Below are positions 48,701 to 61,600 of a stretch of 64,000 nt of DNA, one piece after another. The stretch is from assembly GCA_965637545.1 (NCBI GenBank), contig OZ281498.1:18228001-18292000 (forward strand), written 5' to 3'. The stretch is from Phallusia mammillata. Taxonomy: Eukaryota. Under the pieces are notes generated by a model. That model was given only the letters and a program-made list of their open reading frames with translations, made no database searches and had not been told where the DNA came from. The position numbers and the translations under genes were made by a program. The stretch's first letter is position 1, and every line of letters begins with the position of its first letter.

Positions 48701-51700
48701 TTTTTATTTTATTTGAGATATAAGCGAAAAAAAACACTCACATATTGTGTAAACCTTATCATCATTAAAATTCCAGGAGGTGCCTGGGTTGGAGGCAGTG
48801 CAAGAGTTGGATCTTGGTGGAGAACCAAACCACCCTATTCAAAGCAAATAAACGTTGTGTATGATCGATGTTACAACGGGACAGCAATTGAAGTTATAAC
48901 GACTGTCACTGGAGATAAAAGACGTCCGGAAAGATTTAGAGCCACTATTATCAACATTTATGATTGGGGATTTCAATCACAGGTAGAAAGAACGGACCAA
49001 AACTTCACTTGGACGGAGGAAAATGTCGAGATGCAGTGGAAGTCGTTTTACGGTAACAAGTTTTTGTTAAGTATAGCGGGTGAATGGTACCTGCAGAAGA
49101 ATATAGATAAAAACAGTATTTTATTAGAATGCAATTTTCGTGACATAAAATATATTTTCTCATGTCTCAAATATTTTGTTTCAAGACACTTTTGTCGTTG
49201 TTGTAAATTGTAGTGGTTTGATATCAAAGTATGAAAAGTGAGACAATTGAAATAAAATATGTGCATTATCCGACATTAAAATTAATACAGTTTTGTTAAG
49301 GAATTTTGCAATGTGTAGTTTGCTGTAAAACTGAGTTTGGTTTGCAGGTTCGCAAGATTATTTAACAAATCCATGTCTAAACGCGGGAACATGTACCAAC
49401 AGTGCAGCCGGACAAGCCTGCCAGTGTCCTCCGCAGTACGGAGGAGATCGCTGTCAAACACGTAAGTTTTGGCTTACGGCATGCTTGAAGCTAACAAAAT
49501 TTTCACCATTTTTAAAATAGATTAAAATTAAGTTTACTGTTTGTTACAAAGGAGATAAAAAAACAAGTTTCAAAGAAATACAAATTGTGATCAATTTTTT
49601 GTCCAATCACAAAATGTCCTGAAAAAAGCTTTTAATCTGAGCATTTGTTGACAATATTAACCATACGATTGAATTGCTTCTGACACATCGAGTTGTAAGA
49701 GCCCAAAATTAAATCTTGAGCGCAATACACCGGCCCGAAATCTGGCGTTCGGGTGGCCTCACCTTCCCCAGTTGTCCCTATGATGTTGTGGAACAACTTT
49801 AATAAAAAGTTGATAAAAACGGAAGTATTTTGCTTCTAAGGGCTTGTGCATTGCTATCCCAATCCTTGCGATGGAGGAACTTGCACAGAATCGGATAATG
49901 GTTACAACTGCACATGTCCAACAGGAACAACAGGAAGAAATTGCACTCAGGGTAAATTTACCAAAGAAAGTACATTGTTTATTCTTGACAGCAGTATGAG
50001 TATATAAAAATGGTTTGACTTTGCGGATTGCGGCTTAGAACGATATTCTAAAGATTAACTGCATAGCTACTGTTGCTAGTTCCAACTTTGCTTATCTTTT
50101 ATGGTGTACCTGTGTCCAGCACAAAATCTGATAGACAAACCATCCGTTTTTGTAAAGCCTCACATTAAAGTTAAAGATATTTTCAGGTTACGAAGAAGGC
50201 GCCATTACCCTATCACTCGGAGATGGAAAAAACAGCATGACATCTATATTACTTTACACGACGTGCAAGAGCGAACCTGCCATTGAAATTATACCTTTGT
50301 TTGACAATCAGTTCTCTGCTGATGTAGGAGTCAGAGTGCTCAGTGTTTATCAATGGGGTTTTCAAATCAAGATCTGGCGAAAGAAAAATGAAATCAACTC
50401 CGCAAACATTTTAGCATTGATCCAATGGAGAGCAATTTTCCGTAAGAGGTCCAAAAAATATTTAAGAATCCTGTATATGGTCACATTTTCATAAAAAGAT
50501 TACAATTGAAAAAAAAACTGATAATGTAGTATACAGGTAGAGCTATCGTGAATATTAGCAAAAACTATGATATTACCAGCCATTACCTAGTGTTTCATCG
50601 CTTTAGGATCAATAAACCACGAAACAAACCCATGTGGAAACGGAGGCACGTGCAGAAACATAGAAACAGGAACAACGTGTGATTGTGCAAAACTTACAAC
50701 TGGACCATTGTGTGAGACTCGTAAGTTAATAAAATCCAACTTTTACCGCAAGACTCTAGCTTCCTGAAAACTAAATTATTTTATAAGGTTTAACACACTG
50801 TGCATCTTCTCCATGCATGAACGGGGGAACTTGCATACCAACTACGGATTATTTTAGATGTGTATGCCCTGCAACACACACCGGAGATCGTTGCAATGTT
50901 GGTAAGATTGTGTGAATATTGGATTCAGAAAAACATTCTCTGACTTCAAGAAACACTGTCTCTGGCCGGGTGTTAATTAAAACTTATATTACAAAATGAC
51001 TTACTCAAGTCCTGTCCGTGCAAAAACTTAAATTGCAACACCAAGTACCTGTCTGAATCATTGTTTAAATCAGTTATACAGGCACAGTTAAATTATTGTT
51101 TATACATTGTAAGCTTATATGTAAATTTGGACTGTTTTGGACATACTTTGGCACATACACTGCTAAAATTTATAAACGAGCATTGCTTTTCCAGCAATTT
51201 TATCATAAACGAACGACGTTTCGACGTCCCATACGAGACACCTTTATCATGATAATGGCATATCTCCAAACACAAATGTCTCACAAAGTTAGTACATTTT
51301 GCCTGGCAGCAACAGCTTATTTACTGCTTAAAACTTTTTAGGTTTAGACAATATTGGTAAAAAAAAACGCCCTGCTTTACATATATATTAAAAATACTCA
51401 AAGCCTTATGACAATTTGTGCCAAATGATTTTTAATTATTGTAGAACCAGGGATCACTTCGCAAGAGGTCTTGTCCAGTTTTAGCGTAAGTGGTCCGCCG
51501 TATGGAAAGATTGTAGAAGTCGTCTACGATCGATGTTACAGCGAAATTGCAAAAGATGTTAAGGGAAGTGTAAGGGGATCGATATTGTATCCGGATACAT
51601 TCAAATACACAATTTTAGGAATTTATCCGTGGGGATTTCGAGCACTGGTGCAAAGAACCGATCGTCAACGCGTTGGCTGGAGTCAAAGATCGGTTGTTTT

Positions 51701-53254
51701 TCGTTACAAAGCTATCTTTAGTAAGTCAGGTTTTTCCTAATTGTTGTAGTTACTATTACGAATGTGAGCGTAGTGTTCACTCACTCGTTGTATCTACCTT
51801 TTCTGCAAGTTTGCCCTGTATTACTTGTGTAATTATCGCCTTTATAAGTTCTTTTAGTTTTGATTATCGGCTTTATATATTGTCAGACTGTTTTAATTCT
51901 ATTGTTTAGCCACTTTGAAACGATAGAATATGAAGAAGTTTAACAGTAACAGTTAAATATTATTACGAAAGCTAAATTGTTGCCATCCCAACTAAACGAT
52001 TTTTGTAAAGTGAATTAAAGGTTGAATCTACATTACACCTGTCACTTAAAGGGTAACAGATGAAAGTAATTAACGATAAAAATTTAAGATATTTAAAATA
52101 TATATTTTTTGTTTAAGAAACTCGGGATTTCTCTGCATCACCATGTGTAAGCGCGGAAAGCTGTACAAACAATGCTGAAGATGGAAGAGTGTGTAACTGC
52201 TCACCAGGATACTCTGGAGAATTTTGTGAAAAAGGTAAAAAATTCTCAACACAGCTTAGCATCTAAATCACCACATTACAGTTCACAACTTGAGACCAAA
52301 AGTCAAGTAACCTTACATTTTAATTCAAAACATAAACTTGGTGCTCAAAACAACTCATAAAATTGTTGTTTAGTCCTTTAACAAAAGTTTTTTTACAAAA
52401 CCAAAAAATCGAGACAGTCCTGTAAAGTCAATAGGGCGATCCAAGTTAAATGTATCATACGAAAGTAAACACATAGTTTAATATTTTTTAAATGATAAAA
52501 AAACAAAAAATAAACTGTATAGTAAGTGGTTTCAACCTGCTCGTAAGACATTCAAAGATGTAGAAGAGATACAGATAAAATGACTTGACATTTCAACTGA
52601 AAGTCAATTCATTGGGTGTTTGATTCTATTTTTTTATGTTACAGTCACAAGAGTAAGTGGAACAAAAATTATTGGGTCTCTCGAAGACAGGCCGCCTAGC
52701 ACCAAAACAGTCAACGTCGTCTATGAAAAATGCCACGGTGGAAGGGCCACTGAAATTAATGCAACTGTAAGGGGCTCCACCCGTTACAGTGATACCTTTG
52801 AGGCAACAATCACGGACATCTTTACCTGGGGCTTTCGGGCGGTGGTGAGGAGAACTGACCGCCTGAACAGTGGATGGGGTCAGAGAAGAGTTAGACTTCT
52901 TTGGACCGCAAATTTTAGTAAGTTTTATAGGTTTGAATTTCTGAGGAAATCGTATTTTATGATTCTCAATGTGTTTACCGAATAGTTTGGGTCTAATCAT
53001 AAGAGTTGAAATTAAATGATAAAGTCTTGCATAAGTCGTTTGCTTTTGGTGTAAAGTACTTTGGTCATAAGATTGCAAGTAAGGTTCTTCAAAAAACTCA
53101 AAATGATTCGAAACTATTGTTTAAATTCGCAGATACACAACAGGATTTTAAGAGTCCTTGTGCAAATGGGGCAAGTTGCACCAATACTAAAGGAAAAAGG
53201 ATCTGTAATTGTCCACCAGGCTTCAGGGGAGAAACATGCAAAATATCAAACTAA
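42952..53254 (+). CDS. Gene E: secreted protein, signal peptide + 6x[D + EGF + EGF] + 2x[D + 5-Cys EGF] (~1271 aa predicted)
   Basis: Exons: SP 42952-43009 ([20 protein letters not shown]); D 43197-43466; EGF 43647-43760, 44664-44777; D 44942-45199; EGF 45570-45683, 45851-45964; D 46222-46497; EGF 46739-46855, 47044-47154; D 47284-47556; EGF 47735-47848, 48381-48491; D 48777-49052; EGF 49348-49461, 49841-49951; D 50187-50441; EGF 50607-50720, 50788-50901; D 51445-51720; EGF 52118-52234; D 52645-52917; EGF plus stop 53133-53254. Sum 3816 nt, in frame. Confidence 0.88.
45721..45762. repeat. (CT)n microsatellite
   Basis: Near-perfect TC dinucleotide run in an intron of gene E. Confidence 0.9.
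48055..48359. repeat. Two degenerate family-2 hammerhead-element copies
   Basis: 48055-48125: minus-strand CTGATGA-GATCTTATAAGTC-AAAA plus a plus-strand GTGTACACTGTCTGCAGCTT tail. 48308-48359: AGCTGCA-TTGATGG-GACC-ATATA-GGTC-AAAA. Both have core mutations. Confidence 0.6.
51214..51320 (-). repeat. Degenerate family-1 hammerhead-element copy
   Basis: Contains GACGTTTCGACGTCCCATACG and the GCCTGGCAGCAACAGCTTAT tail shared with the 11217, 29174 and 34748 copies; CTGATGA is mutated. Confidence 0.6.
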
Positions 53255-53854
53255 ACAAATTTTATTTTTAAAAAATAAGTTGGGCTAGTCATAGTGCTTC
53301 CACTATTTCGAGCCAATCGTCAATCAATTTATATCTTTTAAAAAAGAAATATGAATCCTGTTGAGCAATAACGATGTTTAAAATATAGCAGAATTGTAAC
53401 ATGAAAATGGTGTCCTCGATTTCAGGTAGCTTTTTGCACACCGTATAAGTGATTCTCTTGAGATATACGTTTAATGTTCCACTGCATAATGTCTGGAAGG
53501 CAAACGGCAGATAATACTTTGTACTTCATGAACTTCATGAGGCTGTATAAAAGTGTGTTTTTCCATAATCAAATTAGTTTACAATTTTAAAAATAAAACA
53601 TTACCAAATGAACATCGGTTTCGGCCAAATTCTTTCTAACGTTTGCACAGAAAATCGCCTAGAATTGGCATCGTTATTATCCTAGTTCAAATACCAAGTT
53701 TTTATTAATTTGACCAAACAATCAAAAACACATTTAAAATTGGTTTTGATTATATTTCTAGAAACTTTGATCAACAATTTGAGAAACCAAATACTTAACC
53801 ACAAAGAATAAAAACCCTACAGGAAATAAGTTTTTATTGCTATGATTTACTTCA

Positions 53855-54022
53855 CATACTAAATATTGCTCGCCCCGACATAACAACATAACAACCCGAC
53901 ATAACAAAAGGATTGTGGCGTTAAACGTATCAGGCCATCGCTCTTCTCCACGTACCTCGGCTTTAACACGGTTTTTAAAATTTTCATCCAACTCCGTACT
54001 ACAACAGCAGAACTTTCAACAT
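53855..54022 (-). pseudogene. Decayed 5' fragment of a gene-D copy (start of the signal-peptide exon fused to a deleted first D exon)
   Basis: ATG at 54020-54022 reads MLKVLLL* (gene D: MLKVVLLVG). It is joined directly to [20 protein letters not shown]...VMSGRAIF, which matches gene D exon 41127-41399 with internal deletions. Upstream 54030-54650 matches 41985-42600. Confidence 0.8.
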
Positions 54023-54730
54023 GCCCCCTTACTGTTCTCGCTTCGAATGCTACGAATGCAATGTGCTGCAACAGATACACGTTTAATCCAGCTTTTCTCT
54101 TCGATTCTTAACTTCAAGCCAACGTCAACAAACTAGACAAGGTCATAAACAAGTAGCCCAGCATATTGCAAAACATTCTAATAATTTTACACAACGATAT
54201 ATACCGTTGTTAAAATTTGGACATAGTTATTTAGAGTGTTGTTTTTCTAATCAAATTACAACACAAACATTTGTTAATGTGCTTTAATAACTTTAAAAAA
54301 AATGCCAGTTCGTATGTTATAAGTACTATAGCTACCAATTATCATTAGTCTACACAACTGCATTGAGACCAGCACATGTAATTGTTATTGCAATTAAACG
54401 TTCAATGTGTCCAAACTTTCTACAGTTTTAAAGTTAAATCGTTTCGTGAATTTAAATCAGTTCACATTAAGGAGCTGCAAACGTAAAAGTTTCACCACGA
54501 ACCCCGCATAAATATTTGTCGTAGGTTCGAAATTTGCCGCAGGCTAAATTTGTAAATGCCTGGACCTGTTTCGGTTGCATATCATAAAGAATGGTATGCC
54601 ACAGTACTTTTCCGCAGGTGGCAAAAAAATAACTAGCATCAAAATTGTTAAAGTTGCTTTTTAAAAAAAAAACTACGACAGTGTTCCGTGTTGGAGGATA
54701 TTGATAATACTAACATAATTAGCCTATTAC

Positions 54731-55432
54731 TTTAATCATAAACATTACTGCCAAGGTAGTGGTGTATATAGAATACATCGTGTAGACGTTTCATCAGATT
54801 GTCGAAACGTCTACACCAGGGGTGGGCAAACTTTTCAGTGAAAGGGCCGCATTCAAAAGTTTTTAATCTTATGGGACCGCATAGTATTTCACCAACGGCC
54901 GCCAATGGCTTGCTTGTTTTTTGTTTCAAAATAACTGGAAGAATTAGGTTTATATCATATAAATATACCATTCAAGGTCTTCTAAACGCTCAGATTAATA
55001 ATTTCCAACTTGATGAATTAGTTTAGCTGAAAGGAGCTAACTGTTTATGACGTCATAAACTGTATTGTGACGATTCCGGTGCCTGTTTTTTCGCATTGTT
55101 TGCACACAAGCGGATAAAAAGTCTGGCGCATATGATTCCTGGGCTGGTAATCTTTTTCAAATCCTCACGAAATCCGTTTTAGCAGTTTGAAAATCAAAAT
55201 ATTTGGCAAAATAGTTTTAGTTACGATACGGTCGCCAGTACATGTATTTTAAAATACATGGCCACGGCCGCCCTAACTCGTCTCCGCGGCCGCATGTGGC
55301 TTTACGGCCGGCGGGCCGCATAAACTCCTTTGCCGGGCCGCATGCGGCCCGCGGGCCGTAGTTTGCCCACCCCTGGTCTACACGATGTATTCTATACACA
55401 CCACTACCTTGGCAGTAATGTTTATGATTAAA
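54731..55432. repeat. Long palindrome (~70-bp arms) centred on a collapsed hammerhead-like core and interrupted by a MITE
   Basis: Left arm TTTAATCATAAACATTACTGCC...GTGTAGACGTTTC, centre ATCAGATTGTC, right arm GAAACGTCTACAC[MITE]GATG...TATGATTAAA; 13-bp direct repeat TTAGCCTATTACT at 54719-54731 and 55437-55449. Confidence 0.75.
54817..55375. mobile_element. hAT-type MITE
   Basis: TIR CAGGGGTGGGCAAAC...GTTTGCCCACCCCTG; perfect TSD GTCTACAC at 54809-54816 and 55376-55383. Confidence 0.9.
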
Positions 55433-55680
55433 CTACTTAGCCTATTACTGTTATCTAGGTAGCCAGTCGAGGTGAAAAGTCATTATTTTACTATCCCAGT
55501 AGATGAAAAATATGAAACTAGTTTTTATGTAAACTTAGCTTTCCTACATACACAGTCACTTGTTATCACAAAACTTAATGAAAATAGACAGCGTGCTGCC
55601 AAAAGAGAAAGGCACCCTCTGCGGTTTACCGCAATAATTACTTGATCACAGTTGTCGTGACAGAAAGCAGAACGTTGAAA

Positions 55681-58600
55681 ATGGTAAAGTTTGTAAAATT
55701 TGTATTGCTGCTGCTGTTTGCACTGGTCGGACTAGGCCATTGTTTTCTGGGTAAGTATATTCTCTGAGTCCTAATTGTATTCATACACAGTCAGTACTGA
55801 AAAATCTTTGGGTATTTTTAAAATCAAAATGTAATCCTAGTTAGATCGTCTCAAATCTTGGTAGACTTTTTAGTCACTCATGCAGAGTAATATGTTTGAA
55901 CATGCAGTTCTCGGTCAAACTCTATGAACATTCCATAACAGTTTCCGAATGCAAAAATCCATTTACTAACTGTTTCAATAGCAGACAATCCATACGACTT
56001 TCTTAAGAAATTCGACTCGAATGTTTCAGGTAGCACTTGGGTCACAGGAATAGAAGATGTCGGATCCAACATATACGGGAATCCAAAAATAATAGATGTG
56101 GTGTACCACCGATGTTTCTATGGAATAGCAAAGCGAGTCGGAACAACCGTTCGTGGCGAAAGAAGATACTCGGATACTTTTGCAGCCACCATTCTTAACA
56201 TTTACGAATGGGGGTTTCGACTACGCGTGGACAGAACCAACCATCCTACAAATGATTGGGCTCAGAAAGGAGCTGTTTTGTCGTGGAAGGCATTTTTTGG
56301 TACGTTGGCATGCGTTTGCTTTTTGCTTATGTAAAAAGTTGTTTTTCGGTCGTGTTCTGACACACCACAGCAAGAGTTGCATTAGTTTTTTGTCAACAAA
56401 TAACGATGCTAAAATCCTCTTATTACTAAACTTGAATTTGTGTCAACAGAGACGACAACATATCAGGACAATCCCTGTTTACATGAAGGTAATTGCACCA
56501 ACGAGGCCAACGGTAGGGTCTGCCAATGCACTGAACAATACTCCGGCAACCTTTGCGAGAAGCGTAAGTTTGCACAAATGCATTTAACATGTCATTGAGG
56601 AAGCAATGCTCCCAAATATTTCCTTGGCAACCCAACGTGTGCAATTTTGGGGGGAAGGTGTTGGAATTGCACATTAGCAGTAAGTCGTTCCACATTTCAC
56701 AGCATACGATAAGTGAAAAGTTCACATTGATTTGACACATGTCATGGACTCATCGCGTTTTTTCTTCGAATTTCTGTTCTGGTCACGAATAAACCGGTTT
56801 AGTAGAAACATAACACGAATCGAAAGCGAAATTCTGAGATCAAAGCACGTTTTGATATCTTGAAGCAGATTAAATTAGTTTATTAAACGGTGTACACAAT
56901 TTAGTAGTGTACGTTTATTAAAATGTAAACGGTCTATAAAAAGGGTCTTTCAGGCCACGGCTTTGTACAAAATTCCAATGGCCCTAATCGCCCAAGTCTT
57001 TTTGCTGCGTTGCAGTAAATTTCACGTTTAATGTCAAAAGCATTTGCAAAAAAACGGACATGGCAAGTCAAAAAATTTTCAAAATGTTCAACTGAATGAC
57101 TGGTTTTACATTTTCCAGCATGCCGATCTGTTTAAGGCCCAAAAGGCCTGAGGGGTTTACACTGCAATGCGTTCTATTGGATACCATGTGAAAGCAATGG
57201 TCAAACTGCAACACAGTGTGTGACATGAACTATTTCGCGACCTTTAACCTATACGATAAGCGGTTTTGCCTTAAACTCCGTGTTGCGACGTCATTAGGTT
57301 TAATAGGATTTTAGTTTGATTTAAACTGAACGTCTTGAACTGCTTTGCACTGCTATTGCAGGGTTTGCTTTTTACAAATTACCAAACTTTGATACTTTTA
57401 GATTAGAGGTTCATGTAACTTGTTCGATTTTGATACAATATTAAGCGCCTATAGCAATGTGAAAAAAGTTATTTTTGCAATCTCTTTTTCACAAAAAAAT
57501 ATGACTGGGACGCTTTTTTAGCTTTGGTGTATTGTTACCCAAATCCATGCCATGGAGGAACTTGCACCGAGTTTGATGACGGCTACAACTGTTCGTGTAC
57601 AACAGGAAGGGAAGGAATAAACTGCGAAAAGGGTAATACATAGGACATGTTTAAAATTTTAAGCAAACCGAATGGCAGTACTATGAAATCAGATATGCAC
57701 TACGTGTACTATTATAACAACTAAGAACTTGCAGTGTAGTGAAAATCCTAGAATGTACAATTTTAGACGTTATATCGGACCATGCTGTCCTGTAGTGATA
57801 AACATTATGATAAACATTTAGTCATCGGTACTAAAGATTTTTGACATATATAATATACAAATATACATAAGTGCGCCTTACAGCGTCATCAGTATCTGTA
57901 AGAAAGCATGTAACATATCGTGTCGGATTTAAATTAATGTTTAGCTTTCTTTTTAAGATCATCGTGTACATTTGAAATTCAACTCTTTTTTTCAGGGAGC
58001 GAACAGAATGAAGCGAATCTTTTATTTGATAACACTTCAACCACCAGCATAACGTCCAAGATACTTTACTCATCATGTAAGGCTGAGGACGCCATAGAAG
58101 TTAACCTATCTGTTCACAACCACGTGTCATCTACGGTTGGGGCCAAAGTCATTGAAATTTACCGCTGGGGTTTTCTGGTCAAAGTCTGGAGGCAAAACGA
58201 AGAAGCAAACCCTGCCTACGAACCTATTGAAATTAGTTGGAATGCTGTGTTTGGTGAGAAGTTGTCTTATTGAACTATTCAATGTGTTGATTAGAGTGAG
58301 TTTTAAATCGCTTTTTGTTGCAACCAGCAAAATAACTGGAAATGATTTTAAGAATAAAATTGAAATTTTGGAATACTACATACAGATCTCTTCATTTTAA
58401 TGGTGAAAATCACGGCCCAAAAAGACGTAAAAAGCGACATGCTTTATATTTCAAACGTTTCGATATCACTGATGATAAGCATTTGCCGAAACATTTGAAA
58501 TACAAAGCATGTCGCTTTTTACGTCTATTTTGGCAGTTATTTACACCATTAAAATGGAAATAATATAAGACCGTCCGCTCATTACGATCGTTGTGATGCA

Positions 58601-61600
58601 AAAAATGCGCATGTTACATACTACTCAATCATTAACTACTTGTCACAGATTCAGCTGATGCTTCGACAAATCCTTGCCGGAACGGCGGGAGTTGCAGAAA
58701 CGTTGATCAAGGAACAGAATGTGATTGTCCGAGTCTAACCACCGGAACACGATGTGAAACTCGTGAGTTTCGATTCTAATCATGATGGTTGGTGGAAAAA
58801 ATGCACTACACCCCAAACATTCACCTAAATTAGATTTTCTCGCACTGCTCCAAATTTCCTCCAGGAAAAACCCTATCACATAACGCCTTATTGATGTAGA
58901 TTTAGCCAATTAACCTATCTAGGTGATAGCCCAGTTTTGGGCGGAAATTAATATGTTAGGATCTGGAACTACTTCAGTTTTTATCGTTTTAGTGCCACTG
59001 ACCCATATATGTTTGTTTACACAATCTTTAAGAATTTAAATAAGATATGTTAAGCGTGAAGTCGTTTTCGCGAATTCAATCAAGACATCACTAGCGTTAT
59101 TAGTTGGGTAATACTTTCTATTTACACACGACTTATTGTTAGGTTTGACGCATTGCGTTTCTTCCCCGTGCATGAACGGAGGTACTTGCATTCCAACACC
59201 TTCACACTACAGATGTGAATGTCCATTAGCTTTCAGCGGTGATCGATGTGACACTGGTAAATATTACCTTTATACAAATTACCTTTAGGAGGGGGAAATT
59301 ACAACGTTTGTGGCCGTACAAATATGTCTAATATGAATAAGATAGCTGCAAATAGTGCAGGCAGATACGGTTTGACATTTTTTTAGAAATGTGCCTGTAT
59401 TCGTCACAGTTTTGGGAATTCTAGAATAACAAACAGTTGAAAAATGTTTTTGTTAGTTAAATACTTTTAAAGAATTTACAATTTTAAAAATGTTAAGGAA
59501 TTTGATCAAGAGTCTAAACTGTACCTATACACGTTTTGCAGAACCAGCTATCGATTCGTTTGTGCAAATATCAAAATTTCGAGCCCGCGGTCCACCATAC
59601 GGTCCAATCATCGAAGTCGCTTATGACCGTTGTTACAGTGGAATCGCTAGAGCCATCAACGCAACAGTTACTGGGTCGAGCTACTATTCAGATAAATTCA
59701 ACCACACCATCTTGGGAATTTATCCGTGGGGGTTTCGGGCCTTGGTGCAAAGAACCGATCGCCCATACGCAGGTTGGGGACAATCTTCAGTCAAGCTTCG
59801 ATACAAGGCAATTTTTGGTAAATACGAAATTTTTGGTTAGGTGTGGAATGGCTACCATTTTTCAGAGATTTTGTATTACTTTGTCTTTCAAAAATATTGA
59901 AAATGCCTGTTTCTTAGGTGAAATATATTTACAAAGCGTAGTTTAGCTAGAAAATCTAGGATGGATTTAGACTGCACAGTTTGTAACGTTTGTGTTTTAT
60001 TGTTTTGTATCAAAATCCGCTTTAGATTATCTTTTTCGTTATTTGTTTTTAAAGAAACACGTAGATTTACGGAAACACCATGCTTAAATGCGCGAAGCTG
60101 CAGGAACAATGCTGAGGTTGGGCGAAGGTGCTACTGTGAAGAAGACTACACTGGAGAATTTTGTGACACAAGTTCGTAGTTTTGGTTTTCTCGATATTTC
60201 CAAAATACCATTAGATTTGTGGTACTTAATTTCAAAATTCTTCCATGTTCTTTACCTGATCCTACCAATAGCTAGTCGTAACCTTATTGATCAAATTAAG
60301 GGTTAACAAATGTTTAATTTTTTGCATTATGTGTAACATTATTTTTTAGGGGTGTGAGTTCTGTGGTGAGGTTTTCAAACTTACATTTGTACATATATAT
60401 AGCTAATTAGTTGTTTGATTCAGCATTGTCTTTCTGTCGTCCAAATCCCTGCAACACTGGAACCTGCACAGAACTCGAAAACGACTTCAATTGCGCTTGT
60501 CCGGAAGGAAAAGGAGGACCAAATTGCGAGATAGGTAAGAATTAGGAATTGCCGCATCAGTTTACTGGCAAATTAAACATACTTTGTGATATACCCACAT
60601 AAACCGACAAGAAAGTAGAATCAGTGGCGTTTGTTGTTGGCAGCAACAAGAGAGTCCGGAAGATACTTGGTTGGTTGGAACCCGGATATTGCGCCGTACA
60701 CAAAAACTGTGAAAGTAACGTACAAAGAATGTCATGGAGTAATTTCCCATAACATCAGTGCAACTGTGACTGGTAGAGGCATGTGGAGAGACACGTTTAG
60801 CGCCACAATTTTAGAGATAGTATCCGGAGGATTCACGGCATTGGTTCGGCGAACTGACCGGTCAAACATAGGATGGGGCCAACGCGATGTCAACTTACGC
60901 TGGACGGCATATTTTGGTAATGTTTTTGACTTACATAAACATTATGACGACGTTACTATGTATACTAACTTAGACATTGTTGTAAACATTGTTAAAATGC
61001 TCAGGATTGCAAAAACATTGTAATTTTGCATTCAATGTCCACTACAGTTTACAATAAAATAATGTCTAGGTAATTTGTTTTCCAGATGTTGACCAATCGC
61101 GAGGCGTCCCGTGTTTAAACGGTGGCGAATGCATCAACAGCTATACAAGCCAAGTATGTGATTGTCCCGACGAGTATGGAGGAGAATCATGTGAAACACG
61201 TAAGCCAAGAAAAGGAACCTACTGGCCATACCCTGCCTATTTCTATAAAGTTCCAACGTCTCCTCAGGACAATGCCATAAGCAAATTTTCTTCTACTACC
61301 AACAAACAAAAAGCATGCTTTGCTTGAGGGGACTTTGCTTGAGTTTTGTACTAAGTTATTTGTTTCCTAAATTTAAACCACTTTTTATGCAGGTCTTTTC
61401 CACTGCATACCTAATCCATGTAACAGCGGTACGTGTATCGAGTTACCGACAGGTTATGAGTGTTCTTGTCCTAAGGGTTGGAACGGGCCAGATTGCTCTT
61501 TAAGTAGGTATATTTTTTATTTACACAGAGAAACTAAATTACCTGAACTTGTATCTGTGCGCAAAGTGTAACATTTTTACAAACAAATAAGTAAAAAACC

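Noticed and set aside
52235-52644. A missed 6-Cys EGF exon in gene E
   Set aside because: I read the intron and found no Cys-patterned exon; the loss appears real.
58469-58500. Hammerhead at CTGATGA...GAAA in the palindrome loop
   Set aside because: Stem II is only ~2 bp and there is no stem III or UH triplet.
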